In this document: positions 23,701 to 35,450 of the stretch, piece after piece
Position numbering within the stretch: position 1 is the first letter of the stretch
How the letters are laid out: each line of letters begins with the position of its first letter
Assembly: GCA_051294375.1 (NCBI GenBank)
Contig: CM119270.1
Coordinates: 18,335,267 to 18,399,266 of the forward strand
From: Paraspadella gotoi
Lineage: Eukaryota > Animalia > Chaetognatha
DNA length: 64,000 nt
Reading direction: 5' to 3'
Program-made: the position numbers and the translations under genes
The notes under the pieces: generated by a model
Told to the model about the DNA's origin: nothing
The model's database searches: none
Seen by the model: the letters and a program-made list of their open reading frames with translations, nothing else

Positions 23701-26700
23701 GGCAAACTCCCCCCGATGTTTCACCTTCTTCTGCGGGCCTCTTTGCACGCCATCAACAAGAAATCTCCTGGATCTGTCCGTCCTATCGCCGTAGGTGAGG
23801 TTCTCAGACGTCTTGTTGCCAAGTGTTTGGCCTTTTCAGTTGGGCCTCAGGCTGCAAATTTCCTGGAGCCTCATCAGCTTGGAGTGAGGACCAAAGGAGG
23901 GGCCGAAGCCCTGATTCACGCAGTCCAAGCCATACTCGAAGACAGTTCCATACCCTCCAATTCTAAATGGCTGCTACAGGTGGATTTCTCCAATGCTTTC
24001 AATGGATCGACCGTTCCACCATGCTCCTTGAAGTCAGCAAACGGCTTCCCAGCCTAAGCCCCTTTGTCAATTGGTGTTATGGGAGTGCCCCTCTTCTTCG
24101 CTTTGGTGACGACATTATCCTCAGTCAGGCTGGAGTCCAACAAGGTGATCCCCTCGGACCCCTTCTCTTCTCCATAGCTCTTCATTCTGGTCGAAAAGAT
24201 CAAGCTTGAGGTTCCAGCTCTTCTCCTAAACAACTGGTATTTGGATGATGGCCTTTTTCTGGGTGGGCCCACTGATGTAGCCCGAGCCTTCAAGTTGCTC
24301 CAGCAAGATGCCCCCAAGCTTGGTCTCCACATAAATCTCATTAAGTCAACCTTTTGGAGGCCCCCGACATCCCGCGCTTCTCTTCCTCCTTCGGAACTGC
24401 CTCTCACTGAGATCATGGATGAAGGGGTCATCATTCTTGGCGCGCCCGTTGGTTCGGCCTCTTTCTGTCAGCTTACCCTCAAAGAGCGGGTTCTAAAAAC
24501 TCTCGGGCTTTTTGTCCAACCTTGAATCCTTGGGTGACCCCCAAGTTGCTTATGCCCTGCTTCGCAGCTGCTTCGGAACACCAAAGTTTTCTTACACCCT
24601 AAGAACTGAAGCTCCTCACCTTAGCTCCAACCTAGCCATTCTTTTTGATGAATCCCAATGCTCCTCTCTCGCTTCCATCCTTGGATGCTCGTTCTCACTC
24701 TCAGATCCTCAATGGGACCTTTCTTCCTTACCCGTCTCCCTGGGCGGCTTGGGAATACGCAGCGCCCATGCCCACAGCGCTCCGGCCTTTGTCTCCTCCA
24801 TCTTGCCAGACCAAGTCACTCGTAGATCGACTGGTTTCGCCCCTCATCTGTCAGCGAGACCACACTCAGCCTTAGAGCTTCCTATCCAACCTTTCGCCGG
24901 AGCCTCCTCTCCTACACCTGCTCAGCTTGATGCCTCAATCACCCAAATATACCTTTCCCGACGTGTGGACGAAGCTAGGCTGAAAAACCTCAAGTCAAAG
25001 GTCCTGGATGAGCGTTTTCGAGCCGTCCTCCAATCCGTCTGCCTGTCCAGAACTGGAGACTTCCTCAATGTCATCCCTTCTCCTGCCCTTGGCTTGCGCC
25101 TACCTCCCAAATCTTTCATCATGGCTGTCAAATACCGTTTGGGGCTTCCCATCTTTCCAGCTCCTGGTCCCTGCTTATCCTGTGACAGACCTTCCGACAT
25201 CTATGGAGACCAAATTTCAGCTTGCTCCTCTACTGGAGACAAAATTCGCCGTCATAACCTCCTCCTCCTTGCCATTGTCTCGACTGCTTCAGCAGCCCTA
25301 CTTGCGCCCACCAAAGAAGAAAGGAACCTGGCGAGGATGCCTCTAGACCAGGGGATTTCACAATCCGTGGTTGGAAAAGATGTCGGAACAAGACCACCAC
25401 AGCCTTTGATGTTACTGTCACCTCTCCCCTTCGCCAGGACTGTTTTGGTCATACCATCCTCAACCCCACCTATGCCCTGGAACGAGCTCGCCAGGCCAAA
25501 CATGCTAAGTACGAAGGCAAACTGCCGGCCGACGTTGGCTTCATCCCTCTGGTTGTTACTACCTTCGGGGCATGGGACCTGGATGCTTTCTCAAACTTAA
25601 AAGATTTCGCCAAACTCCAAGCAACGAATGCAGGTTAGATATCGGCAAAACGTCTAAGCACTTTTTTGAGAGACTTTCTGTCTGCCTTCAGCGCGAGAAC
25701 GGGGACCTGCTCGCTTCCCGAAGCCCCGTGATTGAGTTGCCGTCTCATGTGGACGGAGTTGCTTGACTTGGTCTCCCGATCTCTTCTTCTTTTTTCATTT
25801 TTATCTTCCCCTTATTTGTTCTCGTTTATTGTTGACATAAGTTATTTTTGCAACCATTCCTGCAATTATTTGTTTGCTCTGTTTTTCTTTTCAGAAAAAA
25901 AAAAAAAAAAAAAAAAAAAATTGACCACTGTCCTTTCTAAACTCTGTGTTGGAAACTTTGCCCTCTCTCTCTCTCTGTTTATCTCTCTTTCTCTCTTCCT
26001 TTACACAAAAATATTTTCCAAGTTCACTAACGCTGATGAAGGCTTGAAATGAAGCCGAAACATGTCTGTTTTGAATTAAATAAAATCGTTGTCAAAACTA
26101 AACTCAAACTGTCTCTAATCGTCCCAAACAACGATAAGAAAGGATTTATATCACAACTTTGATTTCATATTTAAATCCCTATCGAGTATCTAGTATCTAC
26201 TTACTTAAATGTGGTGACAGGAGTGGACTCGACTCGACTCACGTATAATCGTATATATATATTCAAGTATGTCATGATAGTGTATCATCTACGTATATTA
26301 ACAACTTACCTTCGTGGTTCTTGATCTCGCCGCTTATTTTGTGTAGTGAACCCCCGTAAAAGGGTTTGGTGTGGAAGGTGACTGAGGCGGTGAGGCCGCT
26401 TTGGGGGCAGGAGAATGTGACGCGGTCGCCTAATTCCACCCAAGGCGTCGTCAGGATGGAACGGGCGTAGGCGCTGGAGTAAAATAAGAGATGAAGTGGA
26501 TAGGGAGGAAAGAGGAGAATGGATTGACAGCATCCTTAATGATGACTCATCATTGATGAGTCGTAAAAAAATAAAAACCTTGGAAGCGTGAAGACGTATT
26601 CTTCTCCAAAAGTAGGAAGATAAACGGTGGCCTTTCCCACCATGGTGACCCCGACGGACATGCCCATGAATTTGCTTCTCGTCCAGATAGAGGCGTTAAG

Positions 26701-29700
26701 GAAAACGCCGCGCTCGGGACATTCGGCGTAGAAGGCGGAAATTGGCGGGTGGTGAGAGACTTGCTCGGAATGGTAGCTCAGTCGCCAGCGATCCTCGGTA
26801 CCTTTTAAAAATTAGATGGGGCCGTCACTTTCATGGGCTCCAGGTCATTCCATTTTTTTTAGATCGGATAAAAATTCTATCTTACCATTCATACGATGGG
26901 CGGAACTGGTAGAATTGTTATCGGCAGACCAGCTGAAAGAAACGAAGGGAGAAATGAAAATTGAATACAAGAAAAGGATAAGTATTTTGTCGACGGTAGC
27001 TAATGCCTATTAGGCATTAGGCATTAGGCATTGCCTAACCTGCATCGAAATATTTCTCCAATAATCGGGTTATAGGGTTTCTTAGCGATGGCTCCTTTCC
27101 TTCCTTCGTGAAAGGAGGTGAGGTACCAAAGGAAGAAGGCGCACATACGGTCTAGCGAGGGGAAAACAAAACGAAGATATACAAAGTAGTCGTATCGTCT
27201 GACAGACAACATCGCCACAAATCAGCGCCACCAAAAAAAAAAGCACCTTCGGAAGTGACGCCCCGAGTGATGCCGAGGAAGAGATTGGGGTGAGCCATGC
27301 AGTCGGCGTACATTTCCAATAGCGATCGCCGTTCCAAGATAAAAGTAGGCAAAACCACTTTCGTTAAATCCATTCCCAATTTTAGCTGCGGAATAGTTTA
27401 ACGTAGAGTCAGGAATAATTAACAGAGATTCCCGAATTTATTTTTTTCTTTTCATTTCATGCTGTGGAGGCACAGCAACAACTATGGATAAATCCTAGTA
27501 CCTGCGACAGCAAATGGAGTATGACGGATTTGTGCTGCTCGTCCACAGTGCCTAAATCCGTCTCCTCGTAGGCACCGTCGGGAACTTCGTCCTCGGGTCG
27601 GTAAATGTCGACGGACACGCCCGCTTTCGCCTCCTCCACTTCGACGGGAACTATGGCCGGCGGCGGCGACTTAGGATGGGTGAAGGAAAAATTCAAAACC
27701 ATTAGTTTATTTATATTTTTGTATGATTGACGATCACCTTTCGAAGTTTGAATTTATTTCACTTACGGGTTGCGAATGCGGAGGTTCTCTATTCTCAATG
27801 GCGACGACGCTCGATTCGGTTCCTAATTGGACCGGAAGTTGAGAAGACGTCTCCAAATGGAGGGAGGGCGTTCTGGGAGGCAAGTTAAAATTTTATTTTC
27901 AACGTTCAAACTCAAAGAGGGACAAGACAACTATAACTTCTTTGACTCTCACCCTTGCAAAAAAGCTTCCTCGCAGGCAGAACTAAACGAGTCCGTGGGA
28001 GAGGCCTTTTGCACGGACGCCTGTTGCACCGCCAACAACGTCGTCGGCGCGACAGAGGACGCCGACGTGGCGGAAGGAGGCGCTGGGGCGGACGCGCCAG
28101 AGGTCGGGGTCGTCGCCGCCGAGGTTTGATTTTGAGCCCGAGGAGGAAGAGGCGGCGGCGGCGGCGAATCCGCCACCGGCGGGGATGGAAGGATCCGTGA
28201 CTTGGAGGGCCGCTTCTCCAGCGATGGAGGTCCCGGGACTTGCCGCGACGGCGGCGGAGGCGCAGCTTTGTAATTAAAAGTTAATAAAATTTGGCTAAAA
28301 AAAATTAAACTATGGCTAAGATTAAGACCTGAAATTGTCTCACCATCCGCGCCCGAAGGAATCCCGCGCTGCTGTTGAACGAGTAGGATTCCCAAGCAGG
28401 CGTCGAGGGCGGACATCGTCGCCGCGGAAGTCGCTTTGATTTGCAGCAGGTCGCGGTTGAGGCAAGTCAACGGGTGTTGACCTGAAATTATGATGGAGAA
28501 TAAGGAATAAAGTGTGGAAGACGATGCCGTGAGCAGTTCACCGTCCCTTGCACACAAGGTCCCGATCTTCGGATCGGGCTGTAGTCGGTCACTACAGGTG
28601 GGTTAGACGCCCCGTCGCGCCTTCTTGAGTGAATCAGCAGGGCGCGAACCCGAGTTGGAAGGAGCTCGTGCTACCTCCGGCGCCAAAGGTGCTGCTGATT
28701 CTCAGACGAGTAACGGGGTATGAACGTATCAGGATTCCATATCCCAGCTGGCCGGAGCCGACTCGACTCACCATCTTCCGGTGACGCGGCGCCGTTTATA
28801 CCGGAGCCGTTGGTGGCGCCACTTCGCCCCTGCGGCAACTCTTCGATCATCGCCGCGAGCGCCTCCTGCCGATCTTGCGCCAGGAACAGCACCTCCCTCA
28901 CGTTGCGGAAGGGTGCCGGGACGCCAGGCGTCGCCATCACCGGACGCCCGCTCTTCGTCGGCACGTGCACGCCGCCACCGACCGTCGGAAGCGCGTGCGA
29001 CGATGACGACTGAGGCAGGGAAGGCAAGGTGCGGCGTGGAGGTTCGGGTGGGACGCGCCGAGCGGAGTGAGGTTTGCGTGAGGACGGAGCTTCCGGGTGA
29101 GGGAAAAAGCCAAGTCAGTTCGCAATGCGACGAACACGGATCATTCAAAAAAATGAGTCATCAGTCTCACCGTTGGAAGCTGACGCGTTCGATTTTAAAG
29201 AAGCGATGGAAGACGCTGAAGGCGACATCGGGAGCGAGAAAGAGGAACCGGAGGAAGCGGTGTCGCCGACAGGAGAATCCGCGGCGCCGGCGGCCGCTAA
29301 AGACGCCGCAGCACCTGCAAAGAATCGCGGAAGAGGGGTCAAGTGAAAAGGAATCGGCTAAATGACGAAAAGATTAAATTTATTGCTAAAAAGGCGCCGA
29401 TTGGTTATAAATAAAATATGAATTAATAAAAAACTAAATCAATAGGAGAAAAGAAAAACATTCAATCAAGATGGAATAGGTTGGAAGAAGAGGGGCGGAC
29501 CTCGGCCGTTCAACCGACGAGCTCTTTTCTCTCTTCTCTCTCTGGACCCGAATCGCCGGAAACCTCTAGTCCCGCGGATCGGGGTTCGAAAGGGAAAGGG
29601 GGGCGGACGAGTCGACCCTGGCAGCGGACGGTACCCGGAGGCCCCCCCCAATGAGGACGCCGCCGACGCCGCCGCCGCCCATCGAGCGCCCATCGGTGGT

Positions 29701-30756
29701 CGGGAACCGTAAGCGGGGCAGGGGACGAAGGAAGAAGGGGATCGAAGGCTGAAACGTTTCTTGCGACTTCGATGATGGAAAACGACGGTCGGGGGAAGGG
29801 CGGTCGACGACCGCTTGGGTCGTGAACTGAAAACCGGGTCTGGGCGCGCCCCGCCGTCCGGAATACGATTCGAGGCACACATGGAGGTCATTTAACGTTC
29901 ACGAAAAAGAAAACAATATGGGTGATTCTACAGGCGCCCGCCTTTGAGACTTACCGTCGGTCATGTCCGCTTTGGCGCGACAGAGCGGCGCGGCGCCGCG
30001 GTGGTTTTGGTTGTGAAACTCGGCGGCGGCGCGGAGGCGGTTCACCTGAAAAGGGGGGGGAGAAAAATATGTTAATCTTCAATTTACAGGGTCCACCGAA
30101 TATATGACCGAGCAATGAACATTGAATAACATTGCTTACTATTGCTTACCATCATTCCCAGTAGGTGAACTCACCCAGTACTGCCTCTCCTTGGCGTCGT
30201 GGGCACGAAGTTTGTAAAGCTCCCCGTTGGCGGCGTTGATGGCGAAAGTCTGCGAATCTTCGTCGGAGGGCGACACCACGGCGCCCATGAGGTGCATCGT
30301 ACCGCGAGGCCGTTGGTCCGAACGAGGACGAACGACGGTTTGGCCGTCGTAATCTTAAGGACAGGAAGAGTCGTTCAGTTTATTTATAATAAGCCTTAAA
30401 AACAGAAGTCTGTTCAACCCAAAGACTTTCCTCTTCTTACCCGACGGCAAGTAGTAGTAATTAAAGAGACCCGACCCGGGGTCCAAGGTGAACCATCGCG
30501 GCTGCCACCCTTTCACGACGTTGGTAAATTTCGAGAGAACGCCCTCCAGCGGTTGACGGAGTTTGTTCTCTGCAGGAAAAAAAAAGGAGTGGCGTGACTG
30601 AGTTCATTTTTTTTTTTGGACGTAACTTGACGCCGCACCTTCGATGACTTCGAAGTCCTTCGCCCTCTTCATTACGTGAAGCAAATGTCGCTTCTCCGCC
30701 TCGTTAAGACCGTTGATGTCGGGCAGGGCGGGGTTCGATTCCGCCACCTGCGCCAT
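20727..30756 (-). CDS. Oxysterol-binding protein-related protein (OSBPL9/10/11 subfamily; PH + ORD), multi-exon
   Basis: PH domain [20 protein letters not shown]; ORD motifs [48 protein letters not shown]; C-terminal [13 protein letters not shown]. Confidence 0.92.
21583..21624 (-). ncRNA. Minimal type I hammerhead ribozyme (G-U at the base of stem II)
   Basis: Reverse complement CACG-CTGATGA-A-GGCTT-GAAATG-AAGCT-GAAA-CATG-TC-TGTT. Confidence 0.75.
21658..25920 (+). mobile_element. CRE-clade-like non-LTR retrotransposon (PHD finger, RT, zinc knuckle, restriction-like endonuclease), frameshifted, with 5' NDUFS2 fragment, poly(A) and TSD
   Basis: [30 protein letters not shown]; RT motifs [43 protein letters not shown]; CxxC..IRRHN knuckle; RLE motifs [33 protein letters not shown]; A26 tail at 25895-25920; TSD TTGACCACT at 21649-21657 and 25921-25929. 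Confidence 0.92.
21728..22150 (+). pseudogene. NDUFS2: Intronless internal fragment of NADH:ubiquinone oxidoreductase 49-kDa subunit (NDUFS2/Nad7/NuoD)
   Basis: [64 protein letters not shown]; lacks both termini; similarity drops locally (apparent frameshift) near 22095-22125. Confidence 0.9.
26029..26070 (+). ncRNA. Minimal type I hammerhead ribozyme (GUC site)
   Basis: AACG-CTGATGA-A-GGCTT-GAAATG-AAGCC-GAAA-CATG-TC-TGTT: intact core, 5-bp stem II, palindromic CAUG stem III, stem I AACG/UGUU. Confidence 0.85.
28513..28741 (-). mobile_element. Twister-element family 2-related copy D, degenerate ribozyme (intron of OSBPL)
   Basis: TATGGAA...TTCCACA closing stem; TGGCGCCGGAGG and GGTTCGCGCC boxes; GACGG-GGCGTC-TAA-CCC-AC-CTGTAGT..ACTACAG-CCCGA-TCCGAAGA-TCGGG aligns with 43591-43647 with compensatory stem changes. 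Confidence 0.75.
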
Positions 30757-31699
30757 CTTTCGTTCCACGACGTCTTCACGGAGAGAGTGGCGTCATGAGA
30801 TGGCGTCGGTCAGCGACGGCGCCTCCATAAATCTGCTTGCGAGGGTCGAGTGGGCGCTGTGTTGAGACGCGCAAGCGCGGAATTACGAGAACGTTCGCGA
30901 GAATCGAAAATGGGTAATCGACGTCGTCGTCTTCATTGTCAAAATTTGTTGCGAGTTTTTCTTTTTCAGTTTTTAATATTCGTCACAAGCTTAAGTTTCC
31001 CCTCCCGTTTCTCTTACACTACAATTGGTATATTGATCGGCTACAAAGAAATTAAAAAACGACGAATATTTTATAACTTTTCCTAATTTATATTGACTTT
31101 AAATTACATTTACGTCTAGTGTTAAACGTATCTCTTGTAAGTCACAGCGATTTTCTTTCCCCCCCCTCAACCTTCAGTTTCGCGGGTTTTGGAAATGATT
31201 TCTAAACCGCTCCCAAAAGACTATATATCGAAAGGTTTATATAAAGAACGGATTGAACGAAAACAGTTACGTTAAAAACGAAAAGCAAAGCCGCCCTGAG
31301 TGAACCTTTTTTTTTACGAACATGGAACTAAAGAGGACGTCGCGGGGATGAAAGGGAGGAGGGAGAGGTGTGTGGGGGCAGCGGAGCTTCCCTCTTTACG
31401 CTTTACACTCCCCCACCCTTCCGGGCCCACGCGATGGGATCCTTAGATATTCCCGTCGAATGAAAACAACAACAAAAACAAAAACAAACGGAATAAAAAT
31501 AATATTATATTCCAGTTCCGTGGCGCGTTAAAATGCTAAAACGCTAATTAACAAATCCCTACATATTCTCCATACTAAAAAGAAAAAACATAATAAAGAC
31601 ATAGGAAATGTAGTAGTACCGACAGTTTACATCAACTACTTTTTGCAGTAGCAACGCAGAGCGAGAGAGAGTCACAAGGGTAAAAACTGGAGGGAAGGT

Positions 31700-33306
31700 T
31701 CATCCGAACTTGAGGGATTTGGCGATAAGGGCGGCGACGGCCTGCTGCAAGTCTCCGCCGCTGATCCGCAACTGCGCCGCCGCCGCCGCCCGCTCGAAAC
31801 CCATACCGACGAGTTGATTGAGGTCCGCCTCGCTAACCTCGGCGTCGGCACCGGCGGCGGCGTCGGCACCGGCGGCGGCGTCGGCACCGGCGGCGGCGGA
31901 CGGCGCCGCTGGGTTGGCAGAACCGGCATTGACGAGAGTTTTAGGCGCCGTTTCGCCGCTGCCGCCGGCGGCGCTGCCTTTGGCGGCGGCAGCCTCGTCG
32001 ACGGAATGTTGCAGCGCCTTGGCCAGCGCCTCGTCCTCCTCCATGGGCACGGAGCCGTCCGCGGCGGCGGCGCCCTCGGCTCCCGAAGACGTCAAGCGCG
32101 CGCAGGGAGGAAGTTCGCTCTCGCTGAGGAAGGGCGTCACCGTGCCTGTTGTGCCGATGACGAGACAATTGTTTTTGAGGTCGACGCTGCACTGATGCCG
32201 CTTCAGCATGTCCAGCCCCAGCAGCATGTCCATGGGCTGGTCCTCGAGGATGCTAAAGGAGGACTGAAGAAAGTCTTTGCCTATCTGGATCTGACCCAAG
32301 TGCACTCGGCCAATGATCTTTTGCGTGCCTACGCCCTTAGCCACACCGGCCCAGCGCCGGTCCACCAACCGGTTGATGTTGCAGCGCTCGGCGCAGGCCA
32401 CCGACATGATGGTCATTTGCGCGCCCGAGTCGACGAACGCTTTGACAGGGTGGCCGTTGACGTGGCAGTCGATGTAGAGCATGGTTACCTGTGAGAAGGA
32501 GTAGTTGAGTCAGTTTGTGATTAAAATCTCGTAACACGTTTGTTAAACAACCGATAGACCCTGCTCTGACCCCTCCCTTTCCTCACTTGGCCGAACGACT
32601 CAGGCGCAAACTCCATGGCCGTCTCCATGTTATTCTCGACGTTTCTCAAACGGATCTCTTCGGCGATCTTCTCCTGCACCGCGGGATCGAAGGGATCCGA
32701 GTTAATCATCCTGATCCTCTCTGCGTTACGGTCTTCCCTCTCCCGCTGCTGCTCCCGCAGCACCCGCACGAACTGATCGGGGTCGCCGCTAAGTAGCGCG
32801 TCCGCCAGCGGCTGGTTCCGTTCCTTCAAAGCCGCGATCTCTTCGGGCCGACTCAGTAGAACCTCGCGCAGACGGGCGGGGTCGTTGAGGAGCTGTTCCT
32901 GGTCGGCCGGCGACATGCGAGCCGGATCGTCAGTCGTCGGAGGCGGACGGGATGACGACGATGCGTCGGAGGAGCCGGGAATGCGGATGCCGCCAAAGTC
33001 GATAAATGGAAATGGCGTGGCGCCGGGCGCCATAACGCCCGACGCCGGCGTCGCCGCGGATCGCAAACCGGTTGAGGATGAGGTTCGAATGAGAATCATG
33101 TCGCCATCGGAGATGCCGTAATCCCTCAGCGGCTTTTTGTCATCGCCCAGCGGCGTGCCGTTGTGCTCGAGGGAAATTCGCGCGGCTGGAATTCCGCACT
33201 CCACCTCGCAGAGCGCCTTGAAGTTTTCCAACTCCAATTCGTCGCTGACCTCGAGATGATAGACGTCGTCGGCCAGCGTCGTCAGCGTCAAGCGAACCGC
33301 CGTCAT
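31700..33306 (-). CDS. DDI2: DNA damage-inducible protein DDI1/DDI2 (UBL, retropepsin-like protease, UBA); 2 exons
   Basis: UBL N-terminus; [27 protein letters not shown]; [14 protein letters not shown]; C-terminal [22 protein letters not shown]. Confidence 0.95.
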
Positions 33307-33875
33307 TTTTTTTCCTAACCTCTAGTTTCTTTGTTATTAGGTTTTGTTTTTGTTTTGTTTTGTTTTTAATTCGTCCCCTCAAAAGCTTTTCCTTTTTTTT
33401 CTATTCGTCCAGGTGATCTTTTTTTTGCCTCAAGAATTTGGTTCTGGTTGTCAGACAAGGGCAGAAAAAAAAATACTGAGAAACGATAAAAGTAAGTTTA
33501 AGTTCAACTTTAAGTAGAAACGGGATAACGAATCGTATACCTTTTTTGTTTAACAAAAAAAACGTACCAAAAATGAGCGACAATGTAGTATTTAAAGAGT
33601 TTATTATAGATTTGTAACTTTAGCGACGCATTGTAGGGTTGGACAGATGGGCAGAGTCAATGCGTATAGGGAGAAAAACGCTACAACATAATTAGTAGAA
33701 TTAAAAAAAAAAAAAAAACATTCGTAATAACATTTATAAAAGTCAATTGAGAAGGCAATGGAGAATTTTCGTAGAGAAATAAAGTTTGTGAGGAATTTCA
33801 TGATTTATTTTGAGTAAAAAATTTTGCTGACGACGACGGTCGAGAGAAATTGAGAACCCGACCCGCGCGCGCCAT

Positions 33876-34882
33876 CTACCGCTGCTTCCGATCTTGAACG
33901 TCGATCACCGGAAGATCATCCTCCGACGGACCGCTCGCTGGCGCCACGGGTTGGTCGCAAATGCTGGTCGGCTGCCGCCGACGCACGCTGTCGTCGAGCA
34001 GGCGGGAGATGTTCATTAGACGCCGGGCCTCGTCGTCGTCGTCGTCCTCGGCGTCGGACGTTGAGCCGGTGGAAGTGACGCAGGGGAATCCCCAGAGGGC
34101 GAAGACGTTGCACTTGACGAAAGAGTCGAGGTAGTTGGAGACGCGTTGAGAGGGGGGGATGAATTCCCCGGGATAGTCTTCGTTGTCGGCGGGGACTGGG
34201 GGGAAAGAGTAGGAGAGGGGATCCGGAGGGGAGACTGTGGGGAAGGAATGGGAAGTGGGGAGGAAAACGAAACGATGGTGGGAAAGCGGGGACCAAATGG
34301 GGAGTAAAAAAAATAGTTTAAAGATTATGAAAAAAAGCCGGTGAGTGTGATGTCAAATAGGATAAGATAAGGTTCGAGTGTAATTAAACATAATTTTATA
34401 ATATTTTTTTAACACACTTAGACTACCATATAATTTTAGATCATGATTAACGTTTGGAAAATAAAAAAGTGAAAAATGAAAAAGAAAATGATTCATTTCG
34501 ATTTTTCACGTTGATCTGGTTTGGTTCAAAACAATTAATTTAGGTAATATGAATTGATTTCTTATTTCAAAATTTCCCACCCACCGATGGGACTCTGTCT
34601 CTCCTTCGGACGAACGGCACTCGGAGTCTTGAAGGCGAAGTGTCCCTCGCAGGCGCCGTAGCCCTGGGTGGGCGTCCTGAGGGGCGTCTTGAGAGGCGTG
34701 TTCTTTACGTTCTGCAGGGCGGAGCTCTGAGAGAGAGAGCGTTGGGTGGGCTTCAGCGGGTGGGATTCATCCGCCGGAAGGCGGAGTCCGGCGTTGTTGA
34801 GGCGCAGCGGCGTCCGCGCCGTCAGACCCGAGGCGGCGTTGTTCTCCTTGTCGAGGGCGGATTCAATAGTGGAGGACGCCAT
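33876..34882 (-). CDS. Candidate securin-like APC/C substrate (2 exons: 34882-34585 and 34195-33876)
   Basis: N-terminal KEN box (LDKENN) followed by D-box-like RTPLRLNN, several S/TP sites, and an acidic C-half (NEDYPGEFIPPSQRVSNYLD...DAEDDDDE). The GT-AG join is in frame. Confidence 0.55.
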
Positions 34883-35450
34883 CTTAGTTCGCGGAAAATC
34901 GAACAAAGAAAAGGAAGATACAACGATATGGAGCGACGCGAGAGTTGGAGATATCGTAGAAGGGTTTTAGTCGGAGAATAAAAAGCGTTATTTAAAAAAG
35001 TATAGATTATACAATTTTTTAAAAAGTCGCCGAAAAAACTATAAAGAAAAAAGAAAAACAAAGTTAAAATGGTATTCGATAATCGTAACACAAAATCCTA
35101 TCGTAATACTGGAAATTCCAATGATGAGAAGAAGAAAAAAAACATTGGATTGGATGACTGGAATGACGTAGGAAATTCGCTTGACTAGGAAATTGCTGCG
35201 TTCTAGTCTACGAAAACTGTCAAAGTACGGTAACAACGAAAGGTGCAAATTGGAATTGAAATACTTTTTTTGATTTTATCAACAAATGGGCCGAAAAAGC
35301 TAGAGAGTTATTTATATATGTATAATTTTGCCCCCCCCCATAAAAAAAAAAACCGACGACAAAAGCGGAATTGATATTATTGCAAACAAAAATAACTGAG
35401 CCGTTCCCCTCACTAACATAAGCAATACAAAGAATACGACAGCTTAAAGA

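Larger units (their letters stand above)
21538..26115. mobile_element. Penelope-like inverted pLTR pair (arms ~21538-21640 and ~26014-26115), interrupted by the CRE-type retrotransposon
   Basis: ~100-bp inverted repeat arms, each containing a minimal type I hammerhead; a related single arm with the same (CT)n-ACACAAAAA upstream context lies at ~62480-62690. Confidence 0.7.

Noticed and set aside
27000-27040. TTAGGCA and GCTATAG (56431-56470) short tandem units as CRISPR-like or telomeric arrays
   Set aside because: Three to five tandem heptamers without spacers, inside introns; ordinary slippage repeats.
31700-32482. Retroviral-type aspartic protease (DSGA) as an LTR retrotransposon
   Set aside because: It is flanked by UBL and UBA domains in a spliced gene, which is the standard cellular DDI1/2 architecture. 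No gag, RT or LTRs are present.
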